64,000 nt of DNA from Planctomycetota bacterium (lineage in GTDB: Bacteria; Planctomycetota; PLA2; JAEUHO01). The notes beneath the pieces are model-generated. The model searched no databases. It was not told where the DNA came from and worked only from the letters and a program-made list of their open reading frames with translations. Each line of letters starts with the position of its first letter. Positions within the stretch are counted from its first letter, which is position 1. A program made the position numbers and the translations under genes. The stretch spans positions 85,524 to 149,523 of the forward strand of contig CBDCWP010000012.1 of the NCBI GenBank assembly GCA_965223505.1, written 5' to 3'. Shown piece by piece: positions 27,261 to 36,859 of this stretch.

Positions 27261-30200
27261 TTGCCGGCGGCGATCTGCGAGCGCGGTTGGACAACGGCTC
27301 CGCCGTGTTGCGCATCGACGCGCTCTACGCGGAGCGCGACGGCGAGGACGTTCTCGCCGCGCGACGATCGTGGCTCCATGCCAACCCCGAAGGCGAACCG
27401 CTCAGCTGGTACGTGGCGCAGCCCGACGGCGACGTGCTCGCGGCGTCGGTGGTCGTGCCTCGACGGTGGACGGCGCGCGCGGTCGAGCGCGCGTCGATGT
27501 TCCCACCGGACGACTTCGTTGCGACCGCTTCGGACACGTCGCTTCACGACGATCTCGACACGGCCCGCGAACGCGAGATCGGGCGCGAAGGCGTACAGCT
27601 TCGACTCGGGTTCGCGGGCGACGGCGACGCCGACGCGCTCACCTTGCACGTGCCGTTCTTCGTGCGGGAAGTACGTGGTCAAGGTCCGGTGCTTCGACTG
27701 CGCTCGGCGGCGCACGGACGCGGCGCGTCGCTGACCCGCGTCGCCGAGGTGACGGCCGCCTTCGACGATCTGTTCGAGCGCGCGCGCCACACGCACGGCG
27801 CGCTCGGCGTGCGCGACGCCCCGTACCTGCGCTGGCGCTACATGAGCGGTTCCGCGCCCGCGGAGCTCCATGCGTGGGAGGAGGACGGACGCGTGCGCGG
27901 CTGGGTCGCGCTGCTGCGCCACGACGACGGCGAGGTCGAGCTGTTCGACGCGCTGGCGGAGCGGCCGGCGGACGCGCGGCGACTCGTGGCGGGGGCGGTG
28001 ACGACGGCCCGTTCGCTGGGGGACGTCGTCGCATTGCACGCGCACTGGAACGGTCGCAGCGCGTACGGCCGGGCGCTCGCCCGCTGCGGCTTCCGGAAGG
28101 AGCCGGGGCCCGCGGTCGCGATCCGCGGCGATCGGCAGGGATTCCCCGAGGATCCCGGCCACTGGCACCTCACGCGCGCCGACCTCGACCCGTGGGAGCG
28201 CACGGTCCTGTACGAGGCTGTGCCCGACACCGCGCCGCCGAGCCGCGTCCTGTTCCTGATGGACATCTACGCCGACCGCTACGGGGGCACGGAAGGCCAG
28301 GTGGCCACGCTGATCGAGAACCTCCCGCCGACCTGGGACGCGCAGCTGTGGGTGTTGCAGACGTCGGCGTACCTGCGCCGCGGCGGGATCGACTGCCCGA
28401 CGCGCGAGCTGTCGCTGCCGCCCGCGTGGAGTCCGGCCTTCTATCCGCGATTGCGGTCGGTCGCGAGCACCGTGCGCGCGGAGGGCTTCACGCTCATTCA
28501 CGCGCTGCATCACGACACCTGCTCCGTCGCGCCGCTGCTGGGCGCGCTTGCCGGCGTGCCGGTATTGACGTCCCGCCGCGACTTCGGCTACTGGCAGACG
28601 CCGCGCAAGCTCGAGGTGCTGCGGCGCGTGAACCGACTGGCCGACATGGTCGTCACCAACGCCGAGGCCGTCGCACGTCGCACGGTGCGCGAAGAGTGGG
28701 TGCCGCCGGCCCGCGTCTTGACCATCCCCAACGGCCATCCGGCGGAGCGCTTCCTGGCGGCGCCGAGCCGGACGTTTCGGGCCGCCATCGGCGTGGACGA
28801 CGATGCCCGGCTTCTGTGCCTCGTCGCGAACTTCCGTCCGATCAAGCGTCAGGCGGACCTGGTCGACGCGCTCGCGCAGCTCGGCAAGAAGTTCGCGAAC
28901 GTGCACGCCGTGTTCATCGGCGAAGACGACGCGAGCGAAGCGCTCGCCAAGGCCGACGCGCTCGGTGTCGCCGATCGCGTGCACGTGCATCCCCTTTACG
29001 AGGACGTGGTGCCCGCGCTCAAGCACTGCGAGCTCGGCGTCCTGTGCTCGGAGAGCGAGGGCCTCTCCAACGCGATCATCGAGTACATGGCTTGCGGCCT
29101 GCCCGTCGTCGCGACCAACGTCGGCGGCAACCCGGAGCTCGTCGAGGACGGTGGGAACGGCTTTCTCTACGAGACGGGCAACACCGCCCAGCTCGCGAAC
29201 CTGATCACGCGCATCATGGGCAACAAGCGCGTTCGCCAACGCATGGGGCGCGCCTCGCGGAAGCGGTTCGAGGCCCATCACCGGCTGTCGGACATGGTCA
29301 ACGCCCACGTGGACGTCTACGAGACCGTCGTGGCGGAGCGCGAGGCGAACGGCGCCGCGTCACTTTCGTGTTCGGTGCTCACGCGCGTCGACGACCTCGA
29401 GGCGCTTCGCGACGAATGGGAAGCGTTGCTGCGCCCGGACCAGTTCTTCCTCGGCCCGACGTGGGTTCTCACCTGGCTGCGTTGGTCGCAGGCGCGCCCT
29501 TGTGTCGCGGTGGCACGGGACGGTCGCGGGACGCTGGTCGGCTTGCTGCCCCTCGCCTGGAACGGGCGCGCGCTCGAGTTCTGCGGTCAGCGCCTGGGCG
29601 CCGACCATCTCGACGTCGTGGCGTCGCTCGGCCGCGGGCCCGACGCCGCTGCGGCGCTCTTGCGCGCGCTCGACGGACTGAAGTGGAAACGTCTCGACCT
29701 GCGCCACGTGAGCGAGGACGGCGTGCTCAGGCTGGCGCTGCACGACGCGCGCGGGGCCGTTCGGTTCGGCGAGCGGTTCGCGACGCGCTGCTACTACGTC
29801 GAGGCGCCGGACGGATGGGACGCGTATCTCGACGCGCACTTCACCAGCAAACCTCGCACGCGTCTCGTGCGCGGCGTGGAGAACTTCCTCTCGCGTGAGG
29901 GTGCCCACGTCGAGCGCGTCACGGCGCCCGACGATTGCGCCGGAGCCATGGAGCGGCTGTTCGCGCTGCACGCGTCACGTGCCGAGAGCGCGGGACGCCG
30001 CAGCACGTTCGCAGGAAAGGCACGCCGCGCGTTTCACGAGACGCTTGCGAAGACGCTCGCAGAGAAAGGTCGGCTTCACTGCGTCTTCCTCACCGTCGCC
30101 GGCAAGGACATCGCCGTCGACTACGGTTTCGTGTGGCAGGGCAAGGTCTACGGGTTCCAGAGCGGCATGCGTCCCGATGCCGAGACGGAGAATCCGGGGA

Positions 30201-30433
30201 CCGTGCTCGGCACCATCGTGCTGCAGGACGACACGTTCGGCGCGGGCCGGCGCGAGTACGACTTCCTCGACGGCGACGAGGCCTACAAGGCGCGCTGGGC
30301 CACCGGGGAGCGGCGGCTCTACGACGTCACCGTGTATCCGCGCACGAAGATGGGGCGGCTGAAGAGCGTGGGCGCGGGGGTCTTCGCGCTCATGAAGAAC
30401 GCGGTCAAGCGTCGTCTGAAGCGCCGGGGGTGA
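27257..30433 (+). CDS. Three-domain fusion (1058 aa): degenerate GNAT-like + GT4 glycosyltransferase + Acetyltransf_6 GNAT
   Basis: GTG overlaps the upstream stop. RDAPYLRWRY (GNAT-like); GGTEGQ, SRRD, ANFRPIKRQ, SESEGLSNAIIEYMACGLPVVATNVGGNPE (GT4); FFLGPTW..W, ADHLD, YDFLDGDEAYKARWA (GNAT). Confidence 0.9.
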   Translation: MIAGGDLRARLDNGSAVLRIDALYAERDGEDVLAARRSWLHANPEGEPLSWYVAQPDGDVLAASVVVPRRWTARAVERASMFPPDDFVATASDTSLHDDLDTAREREIGREGVQLRLGFAGDGDADALTLHVPFFVREVRGQGPVLRLRSAAHGRGASLTRVAEVTAAFDDLFERARHTHGALGVRDAPYLRWRYMSGSAPAELHAWEEDGRVRGWVALLRHDDGEVELFDALAERPADARRLVAGAVTTARSLGDVVALHAHWNGRSAYGRALARCGFRKEPGPAVAIRGDRQGFPEDPGHWHLTRADLDPWERTVLYEAVPDTAPPSRVLFLMDIYADRYGGTEGQVATLIENLPPTWDAQLWVLQTSAYLRRGGIDCPTRELSLPPAWSPAFYPRLRSVASTVRAEGFTLIHALHHDTCSVAPLLGALAGVPVLTSRRDFGYWQTPRKLEVLRRVNRLADMVVTNAEAVARRTVREEWVPPARVLTIPNGHPAERFLAAPSRTFRAAIGVDDDARLLCLVANFRPIKRQADLVDALAQLGKKFANVHAVFIGEDDASEALAKADALGVADRVHVHPLYEDVVPALKHCELGVLCSESEGLSNAIIEYMACGLPVVATNVGGNPELVEDGGNGFLYETGNTAQLANLITRIMGNKRVRQRMGRASRKRFEAHHRLSDMVNAHVDVYETVVAEREANGAASLSCSVLTRVDDLEALRDEWEALLRPDQFFLGPTWVLTWLRWSQARPCVAVARDGRGTLVGLLPLAWNGRALEFCGQRLGADHLDVVASLGRGPDAAAALLRALDGLKWKRLDLRHVSEDGVLRLALHDARGAVRFGERFATRCYYVEAPDGWDAYLDAHFTSKPRTRLVRGVENFLSREGAHVERVTAPDDCAGAMERLFALHASRAESAGRRSTFAGKARRAFHETLAKTLAEKGRLHCVFLTVAGKDIAVDYGFVWQGKVYGFQSGMRPDAETENPGTVLGTIVLQDDTFGAGRREYDFLDGDEAYKARWATGERRLYDVTVYPRTKMGRLKSVGAGVFALMKNAVKRRLKRRG

Positions 30434-30475
30434 GCCGCGCGGCGACCGCCGACGTGTTGCGCGCGCCGGGACGAG

Positions 30476-31549
30476 CTACGTGAGCGCCGCGTACACGGCC
30501 TCGAGCGCACGCGCTTGCCGCTCTGCCCCGTAGGCGTCGGCCACCCGCTCGGCAGCGGCCGCGACCTGCGCATTCGTTTCGTCTTCCATCGCCGCGCACA
30601 TCGCCTCGGCCAACGCCGCGGCGTCTTCGGCGGGCACGAGCCGTCCGCATCGGCCGTTCGCCAGCGCGTCGGCCACCCCGCCGACGTCGGTCGCCACGAT
30701 CGGGCGCCTGGCCGCCATGGCTTCGAGCAACGCGAGCGGCAGCCCCTCGCTGCGTGACGGCAGCACGAAGCCGTCGGCGGCGCCCAGGCACGCCCACGGG
30801 TCGTCGCGCCATCCGAGGAAGCGGACCCGTTCGCCGGCGTCGGCTTCCAGCGACGAACGCAGCGCGCCGTCGCCGACGAGCACGAGCTCCGCGTCATGCA
30901 CGGCGGCGAATGCGCGCACCAAGACGTCCTGTCCCTTCTCGGGACTCAGACGGCCCAGCGCGAGCCACACGAACGCGTCGTTCACGCCCCACACATCGCG
31001 CAGGGCCGCGCGGCCCTCCTCGGCGGCCGTTGCGACCGCGTCGGCGTCGATGGCATTGGGCACGACGTGTACGCGGTTCAGGCTCACGCCCGCCCTCACC
31101 AGAGGGTCCGCCGTCGCTTGCGACACGGCGATCACGGCGCCGACGCGCCGCAACAAGCGGCGCTCGAGCGCCTCGAACACGCGGATCTTGCGGTTCTCCG
31201 CGGTGTAGCCGTGCACGACCGCCGCCCGCGGCATCGTCAGCGCCTCGCCCGCCGTCTGCAGGAGCACGTTGGCCTTGTAGTCGTGACCGACGACGAGGTC
31301 CGGCGCGACCTCCCGCAGAAGCGACTTGAGGCGTCCGATCAGGAACGGGTCGTAGCTGTTGCGTTGCGGCAGGACGTGTGTCTGGATCCCGCGCGCGCGC
31401 GCCGCTTCGAGCAGCGGGTTCGCTGCGCCGCGCGTCTCGAACGACGCGATGGACATGTCGAATCCGTCCGACGCGAGGGCGCACTGATTCAGGAGCAGAC
31501 GCTCCGGTCCGCCGAGCAGGTCGCTGTTGCGGAGGTGAAGGACGCGCAT
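30476..31549 (-). CDS. Glycosyltransferase family 4
   Basis: GGPER, HDYKA, GRLSPEKG, PSRSEGLPLALLEAMA. Confidence 0.93.
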   Translation of the reverse strand: MRVLHLRNSDLLGGPERLLLNQCALASDGFDMSIASFETRGAANPLLEAARARGIQTHVLPQRNSYDPFLIGRLKSLLREVAPDLVVGHDYKANVLLQTAGEALTMPRAAVVHGYTAENRKIRVFEALERRLLRRVGAVIAVSQATADPLVRAGVSLNRVHVVPNAIDADAVATAAEEGRAALRDVWGVNDAFVWLALGRLSPEKGQDVLVRAFAAVHDAELVLVGDGALRSSLEADAGERVRFLGWRDDPWACLGAADGFVLPSRSEGLPLALLEAMAARRPIVATDVGGVADALANGRCGRLVPAEDAAALAEAMCAAMEDETNAQVAAAAERVADAYGAERQARALEAVYAALT

Positions 31550-31553
31550 GAGG

Positions 31554-32462
31554 TCAGCGGGCCGTCACGAGCTCTTCGAGCTGCGCCGGACGCACGGGCT
31601 CGCCTTCGTCCAGCCGCGCGAGCACCTCGGAGACGGTCCCGAACCGGAACGACGCCAGCAGTCCTTCCAACCGGCCGTGCATCTTGTCGAGATTGACGTA
31701 GTGCCGCAGCTTTGCCGTCCGACCTGCCGCTTCGATGCGCGGCTGATCGGGATCGACCTCCCACGGGTGCAAGTACGTGATCGCCGGCGTGCCGTCCTTG
31801 TTGGCACGACGAATCGCGTGTCGCATGACGGCCGGTGGCAGCACGCGCATCCAGCCGCCGCCCGCGACCGGCCAATTGCGGCGCAGGAGACGCCAGGTCG
31901 TCATCGGAAACTCCCAGAGACAGCGTCCGTCGTCGTCGCAGAGGCGCACGGGTGCGCGCGGGAACTGCGGAATGCCGTAGCGGTCGTGTCGGACCGGAAA
32001 GACGCTGCTGCTGAACGTGTAGCCTTCGTCGCGCAACACGTCGAACGCCCACAGGGTCTGCGGCGTGATCGAGAAGCTCGGCGCGCGAAAGCCCTCGACC
32101 TCGACGCCGCACGCGGTGTGGATTGCGTCCGCGGCGCGCCGCAAATCGTCGCGGAAGGTCGCCGCGTCCATGCTCGACACCAGCCGGTGCTCGTACCCGT
32201 GCGAGGCGATCTCGTGCCCGGCGTCGCGGAGGTCCCGCAGCAGCGCCGGAAACCGGTCCGCGACCCAGCCGAGCGTGAAGAACGTGGCCTTGACGCCGTG
32301 CGCGTCGAAGAGCGCCATGAGTGCGCGCGTGTTGCGCTCGACGCGCGGCGTGCGTTCGTCCCAGGTGGCGCGATCCACGACGCCTTCGAACGCGGACACC
32401 TGGAAGTAGTCTTCCACGTCCACGGTCATGGCGTTCAGCATGCGGTCGTCCGTCGGGTTCAC
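31554..32462 (-). CDS. XrtA/PEP-CTERM-locus-type polysaccharide deacetylase (DUF3473)
   Basis: NAMTVDVEDYFQVSAF, ATFFTLGWVA, HEIASHG, GFRAPSFSI, HDRYG, YLHPWEVDPDQPR. Confidence 0.92.
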   Translation of the reverse strand: MNPTDDRMLNAMTVDVEDYFQVSAFEGVVDRATWDERTPRVERNTRALMALFDAHGVKATFFTLGWVADRFPALLRDLRDAGHEIASHGYEHRLVSSMDAATFRDDLRRAADAIHTACGVEVEGFRAPSFSITPQTLWAFDVLRDEGYTFSSSVFPVRHDRYGIPQFPRAPVRLCDDDGRCLWEFPMTTWRLLRRNWPVAGGGWMRVLPPAVMRHAIRRANKDGTPAITYLHPWEVDPDQPRIEAAGRTAKLRHYVNLDKMHGRLEGLLASFRFGTVSEVLARLDEGEPVRPAQLEELVTAR

Positions 32463-33832
32463 GCGATCTCCTTATCGGCGTGCGTTGCGTCCTCGTCGTC
32501 CTCCGGATCCGGCACACACGTACAGGCCACGATCATGAGGCCGGACCACCAGAACCAGCTGGATCGCGTCAGATTGTGGGCGCCGAGGCCGGAGACCAGC
32601 AGCAGGCCCAACCCGAACAGCATCGCGCGGACGAAGTCGATCTGCGCGCGGTCCCAGGCGCCTTGTGCTCGGCGCTTGCGCTTGCGGATCTCCCGCAGAC
32701 CGAAGGCGAAGGAGGTGACGAGGAAGCCGAGGAACGTGAGCGATCCGACGAGGCCGCGCGTCGCGATCAGCTGGCCGGCGAGGTTGTGCGGCATCAGTGC
32801 GTTGCCGTCGACGCGCCGCGTGCGGTAGACCGGCCAGTTGCCGGGTCCGATGCCGATCACCGGGTTGTCCTTGAAGATGCGCCAGGCGACCACGTACCCC
32901 TCGACGCGACCGACGGTGGAGCCCTCCTTGGTGTACGTCTCGAGCGACACGAGGCTCTGGATGCGCTTGACCTGGTTGTCGGACAGCCCGGCGGCCATGC
33001 CGCCGCCAAGCGCCACCACGCAGGCGATCGCGAGGACCTTGGGCCATCCGCGGGGCAGGATCCAAAGCGTCCAGATCCCCGTCAGGCCGATCAACACCAA
33101 CGCGGAGCGGCTCGACGTGTAGAACGCTGCGATCAGCGCCATGCCGCAGTACGCGAACGCACAGACCCGGAGCGCGAGCGAGCGCGCGTGCAGCAGGACC
33201 CACACCATGAGCGGGAGCGCGAACACGATCGTCGCGCCGAACGAGTTGGGATCCGCGTTGGAGCTGCCGATGCCCATCATCCGAACCACGCCCATCGTGT
33301 AGTCGTGCCGTCCGTGCTGCCACTCCCAGAAACTGAGCACGAGGAAGGTGCCGACACCGGCGCAGAACACGAGCACCGTGATCAGGAATTCCCGCCGCGT
33401 TCGCACGACGCAGACGATCAGCACGAACGCGACCATCGAGATCAGGTGATCGATGAGCGGGTCCGTCGCCGCTTCGAGATCGTAGGCCCACACCGTCGCC
33501 ATCAGGCAGGCGACGGCGTACGCCGTCAGCCAGCGCGCCTGGGCGAACCGGAACATCGTCTGCGGCTGCCCATGACCGGCCAGCCCGCGCCCGACGAGGA
33601 GGGCAAGCGACAGTGCGCCGAGGAAGAACCGTGGCCGCGCGTCGCTGAGGAACGTCCAGTGCTCGTCGATCAGGCTCAGCGCGAAGAACAGGTAGAGCTG
33701 CAGGATCCAGAACTGCGGCGACAGGCCGCGAAGGCGCGTCGACGAGAACGAGAAGAGTCCGGGCCGGGCCACCTGGTCGCGCGGCGCGTCTGCGCGCGGC
33801 ACCGTGAAGGTCTCCGTCGTCACGGCGCTCAC
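32459..33832 (-). CDS. O-antigen ligase / Wzy polymerase family membrane protein
   Basis: Multiple TM helices, DPNSFG, TSSRSA, GR...AW..F.DNPVIGIGPGN, HN motif. Confidence 0.88.
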   Translation of the reverse strand: MSAVTTETFTVPRADAPRDQVARPGLFSFSSTRLRGLSPQFWILQLYLFFALSLIDEHWTFLSDARPRFFLGALSLALLVGRGLAGHGQPQTMFRFAQARWLTAYAVACLMATVWAYDLEAATDPLIDHLISMVAFVLIVCVVRTRREFLITVLVFCAGVGTFLVLSFWEWQHGRHDYTMGVVRMMGIGSSNADPNSFGATIVFALPLMVWVLLHARSLALRVCAFAYCGMALIAAFYTSSRSALVLIGLTGIWTLWILPRGWPKVLAIACVVALGGGMAAGLSDNQVKRIQSLVSLETYTKEGSTVGRVEGYVVAWRIFKDNPVIGIGPGNWPVYRTRRVDGNALMPHNLAGQLIATRGLVGSLTFLGFLVTSFAFGLREIRKRKRRAQGAWDRAQIDFVRAMLFGLGLLLVSGLGAHNLTRSSWFWWSGLMIVACTCVPDPEDDEDATHADKEIA

Positions 33833-35448
33833 GGGTTCACCGCCTCGGGCTGCACCGGCGGCGCGTCGGTCGACCTGCGCACCACGCGTTGGAGCACCAA
33901 CGCGATGCCGAAGTAGAGCGCCGCGCATCCCAACGCGCTGCCGATCAGCATCGGCCATCCGTGGGACGCGCGCGTGTCGACGCCGAACCACAAGGCGAGT
34001 GCGGTCAGGGCGCCGGCCAGGATCGGCAGCGCCCACACGTGCAGCGTGTACCGCAGCCAGCTCATCGCGAACTCGCGGCAGATGAACACCGGCATGAGCA
34101 CGAAGTGCACGAGGAAGCCCGGGATCGCCGTGCCCATGGCCACGCCGGCGATCCCGAACGGACGCACGAGCGCGAGGCTGAGCGCCAGGTTGAGACCGCC
34201 CTCGAGCGCGGAGAACCCGGCGAGGGAGCGCATGCGATTCGTGCCGTAGTGGGTGGCGACGAGCGGGAACGAAGCGATCGGCGCCGCCGCGCCCAGCGCC
34301 ATGATCAACAGGGGCAGCTCGCCGTGCTCGCGGAACGCCGACGAGCCCAGCCAGCGCTCCAGAAACGCGCCGCCCATGAACATCAGATAGACGAGCACGG
34401 GGGCGGAGATCAGCAGCATCGTCCGCGCACTGCCGCGCAGGAGCGACCGGATCTCGGGTGCGCTGCGGCCCTTCTCCGCTTCGAGCGCGCCGATCGCCGG
34501 TGTCAGCACGCGTCCGACCTGCCACAGCATCGAGCGCGTGTAGACCGCGAGCTTCGCCGGCAGCGCGAAGAACGTGACCATGGGCAGCGTCAGACACGCG
34601 CCGATGACCCAGGCGTCCGTGTCGTACGTCAGCTGCATCGCGACGGCGACGACGATGTTCAGACCGCCGAACGCGAGCAACGCGCGCGCGCGCTTCCCGT
34701 TCGCAAGCCGCGGCGCGAACTGCAGCCACGGAGTCAGCCGGAAGGCGTCGATCGACTTCCACGTCATCTCGACGATCTCGGTCAACAGGTTCGCGAGCGC
34801 CAGCCCGACGAGGCCGTAGCCCTGGTGCAGGACGAATACGACTGCCGCGGTGCGGATGAGCGTGCAGAACAAGTCGGTCCGGCAGGTGATGTCGAACCGT
34901 TGGCGTCCGATGAGCACGGCGCTGAACGCGTTCGGCGGCATCGTCACGGCCAGCGTGAGGCCCGTCACGATGACGGCCCACGCCGCGTCGCTGCGAAGAG
35001 CCGCCGGCACGCCGAACGCGGCGGGCAGGACCTGCGACGCGGCGACGCTGCCCAGCAACACGACGACGCCGCCCGCGGCGAACGTGACGAACGCCGTGTT
35101 GACGAACCGGTTCACCTCGTCGGGCGCCTTGAGCGCATCGTGCTTGGCGATGAAGTGGACGATGGCCGGGCGGATGCCGAAGTCGGCGAAGCCGAAGTAG
35201 CCCGTCATCGTCATGACGATGGCCCAGATGCCGTACGCCTCGGTGCCGAGCTTGCCCACGATGTAGGGCGAGAGGAAGTAGACGACCAGCGCGTTGAGCG
35301 CGAACGTGCTCCAGTTCCAGAGCGCGTTGCGCGTCAGGACCCGCCGTTGGCTGCCGGGGGCGCCGAGACGACCACGCAGCCGCCCCCACACGCCCGGGGA
35401 GGGGGCGGCGGCGCCGTCGGCGTCGGAGGAGGGCGGCGAATGTCGCAT
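33829..35448 (-). CDS. wzx: Polysaccharide flippase (Wzx/MOP family)
   Basis: RNALWN, LGTEAYGIW, DFGI..AI..F.A, NLALSLALV..FGIAGVA; many TM helices; start approximate. Confidence 0.88.
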   Translation of the reverse strand: MRHSPPSSDADGAAAPSPGVWGRLRGRLGAPGSQRRVLTRNALWNWSTFALNALVVYFLSPYIVGKLGTEAYGIWAIVMTMTGYFGFADFGIRPAIVHFIAKHDALKAPDEVNRFVNTAFVTFAAGGVVVLLGSVAASQVLPAAFGVPAALRSDAAWAVIVTGLTLAVTMPPNAFSAVLIGRQRFDITCRTDLFCTLIRTAAVVFVLHQGYGLVGLALANLLTEIVEMTWKSIDAFRLTPWLQFAPRLANGKRARALLAFGGLNIVVAVAMQLTYDTDAWVIGACLTLPMVTFFALPAKLAVYTRSMLWQVGRVLTPAIGALEAEKGRSAPEIRSLLRGSARTMLLISAPVLVYLMFMGGAFLERWLGSSAFREHGELPLLIMALGAAAPIASFPLVATHYGTNRMRSLAGFSALEGGLNLALSLALVRPFGIAGVAMGTAIPGFLVHFVLMPVFICREFAMSWLRYTLHVWALPILAGALTALALWFGVDTRASHGWPMLIGSALGCAALYFGIALVLQRVVRRSTDAPPVQPEAVNP

Positions 35449-35716
35449 CCGTGCATCAGATCGGCCGGATCCGGCCACAATTCCCATGATTGGAGGCAAA
35501 GCGTATGCCGACAAGGGGTTGGGGCGGTCCGAGGCGCCCCGTCGGGCCCACGACGTTGCAATTCAGCCACATCCCTGCTTCGTGGACCCGAAGACAGGGT
35601 CTGCAAGCCCTCGCAAGGCCTCCAATTGTCGCGCAATCGAAACGCGAGGCGGCCGGGATGTGGTACGAGATGGACGTCGTGACGCGTCGGGGAACCGGAA
35701 GCAGCCCGAAAGGCCG

Positions 35717-35732
35717 TGGCATTCGCCTTGCT
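35717..35732 (+). promoter_or_regulatory. Putative sigma-54 promoter of the epimerase-dehydrogenase-wzc-kinase-priming GT operon
   Basis: TGGCATTCGCCTTGCT has exact GG-N10-GC spacing and lies ~130 nt upstream of ATG 35861. Confidence 0.7.
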
Positions 35733-35860
35733 CATTGGGGAGCGCGCGCGGAAGCCTCGGCCCCGCCGCCGCCGAACAAGATCCGAACGTGGCGACCGGC
35801 GACCTTGTGGTTGCCTCCGCCGCTTTGGAGCATTGGACGATTCCCAAGGAACGACGATTC

Positions 35861-36811
35861 ATGAAGGTGTGTGTCACCGGAGGCGCCGGGTTCATCGGAT
35901 CCCATCTGGTGGACCGTCTGGTTCGGGACGGTCATGACGTCACCGTTCTCGACAACCTCAGCACCGGCTCGATCGACAATCTGGCGGGGTCGCTTCAACA
36001 CGTGGAGTTGCTGCAAGAGGACCTGCGCGACGCCGATGCCGTTGCCCGGGCGGTCGCGGGTGCGGAGGTCGTGTTTCACCAGGCCGCATTGGCCGCCGTG
36101 GCGCGCAGCGTCGAGAACCCCCGCGAGGTCACGGACGTGAACCTGGGCGGCACGCTCAACGTCTTGATCGCCGCGCGCGACGAGGGCGTACGACGGGTGG
36201 TGTTCGCGAGCTCGTCGTCGGTCTACGGCGATACGCCGACGCTCCCGAAGGTCGAGTCGATGCCCAACGCGCCGCTGTCCCCGTACGCGGCGTCGAAGTC
36301 GTCCGCCGAGTCGTACTTGTCCGGCTTTCAGGGTTCGTACGGCCTCGAAACGGTCGCCCTTCGCTACTTCAACGTGTTCGGGCCGCGTCAGTCGCCCCAA
36401 TCGCTTTACGCGGCCGTCGTACCGTTGTTCATCGACGCCATGCAGAACGGGCGGGCGCCGACGGTCTACGGTGACGGCGAGCAGACGCGCGACTTCACGT
36501 ACGTCGCCGACGCCGTCGAGGCGAATTGCCGCGCCGCCTTCGCGCCCGCGCCCGACGGGCGTCCGATCAACATCGGCGGTGGCCGGCGCATCAGCATCAA
36601 CGAGCTGGTCCGCGTCGTCGCCGAGCGAACCGGGTTCAAGGGCGAGGCGAGGTACGAGCCGGCGCGCGTCGGCGACGTGCGCCACTCGTTGGCGGACATC
36701 ACACGAGCGCGGGACTGGATGGGCTGGGCGCCGACGACGACGCTGGCCGAAGGAGTCGATCGCATCGTGACCGGTGCCGAAAACAGTCAGGCGGTGGGGG
36801 CGACGTCCTAG
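35861..36811 (+). CDS. NAD-dependent nucleotide-sugar 4-epimerase (WbpP/GalE-like extended SDR)
   Basis: VTGGAGFIGSH, ASSSSVYG, SPYAASK, RYFNVFGPRQ, GDGEQTRDFTYV. Confidence 0.95.
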   Translation: MKVCVTGGAGFIGSHLVDRLVRDGHDVTVLDNLSTGSIDNLAGSLQHVELLQEDLRDADAVARAVAGAEVVFHQAALAAVARSVENPREVTDVNLGGTLNVLIAARDEGVRRVVFASSSSVYGDTPTLPKVESMPNAPLSPYAASKSSAESYLSGFQGSYGLETVALRYFNVFGPRQSPQSLYAAVVPLFIDAMQNGRAPTVYGDGEQTRDFTYVADAVEANCRAAFAPAPDGRPINIGGGRRISINELVRVVAERTGFKGEARYEPARVGDVRHSLADITRARDWMGWAPTTTLAEGVDRIVTGAENSQAVGATS

Positions 36812-36859
36812 GGCGCGCCGTTCACCGATGGGACGTGGACGAGGAACGAGAAACGCGAG

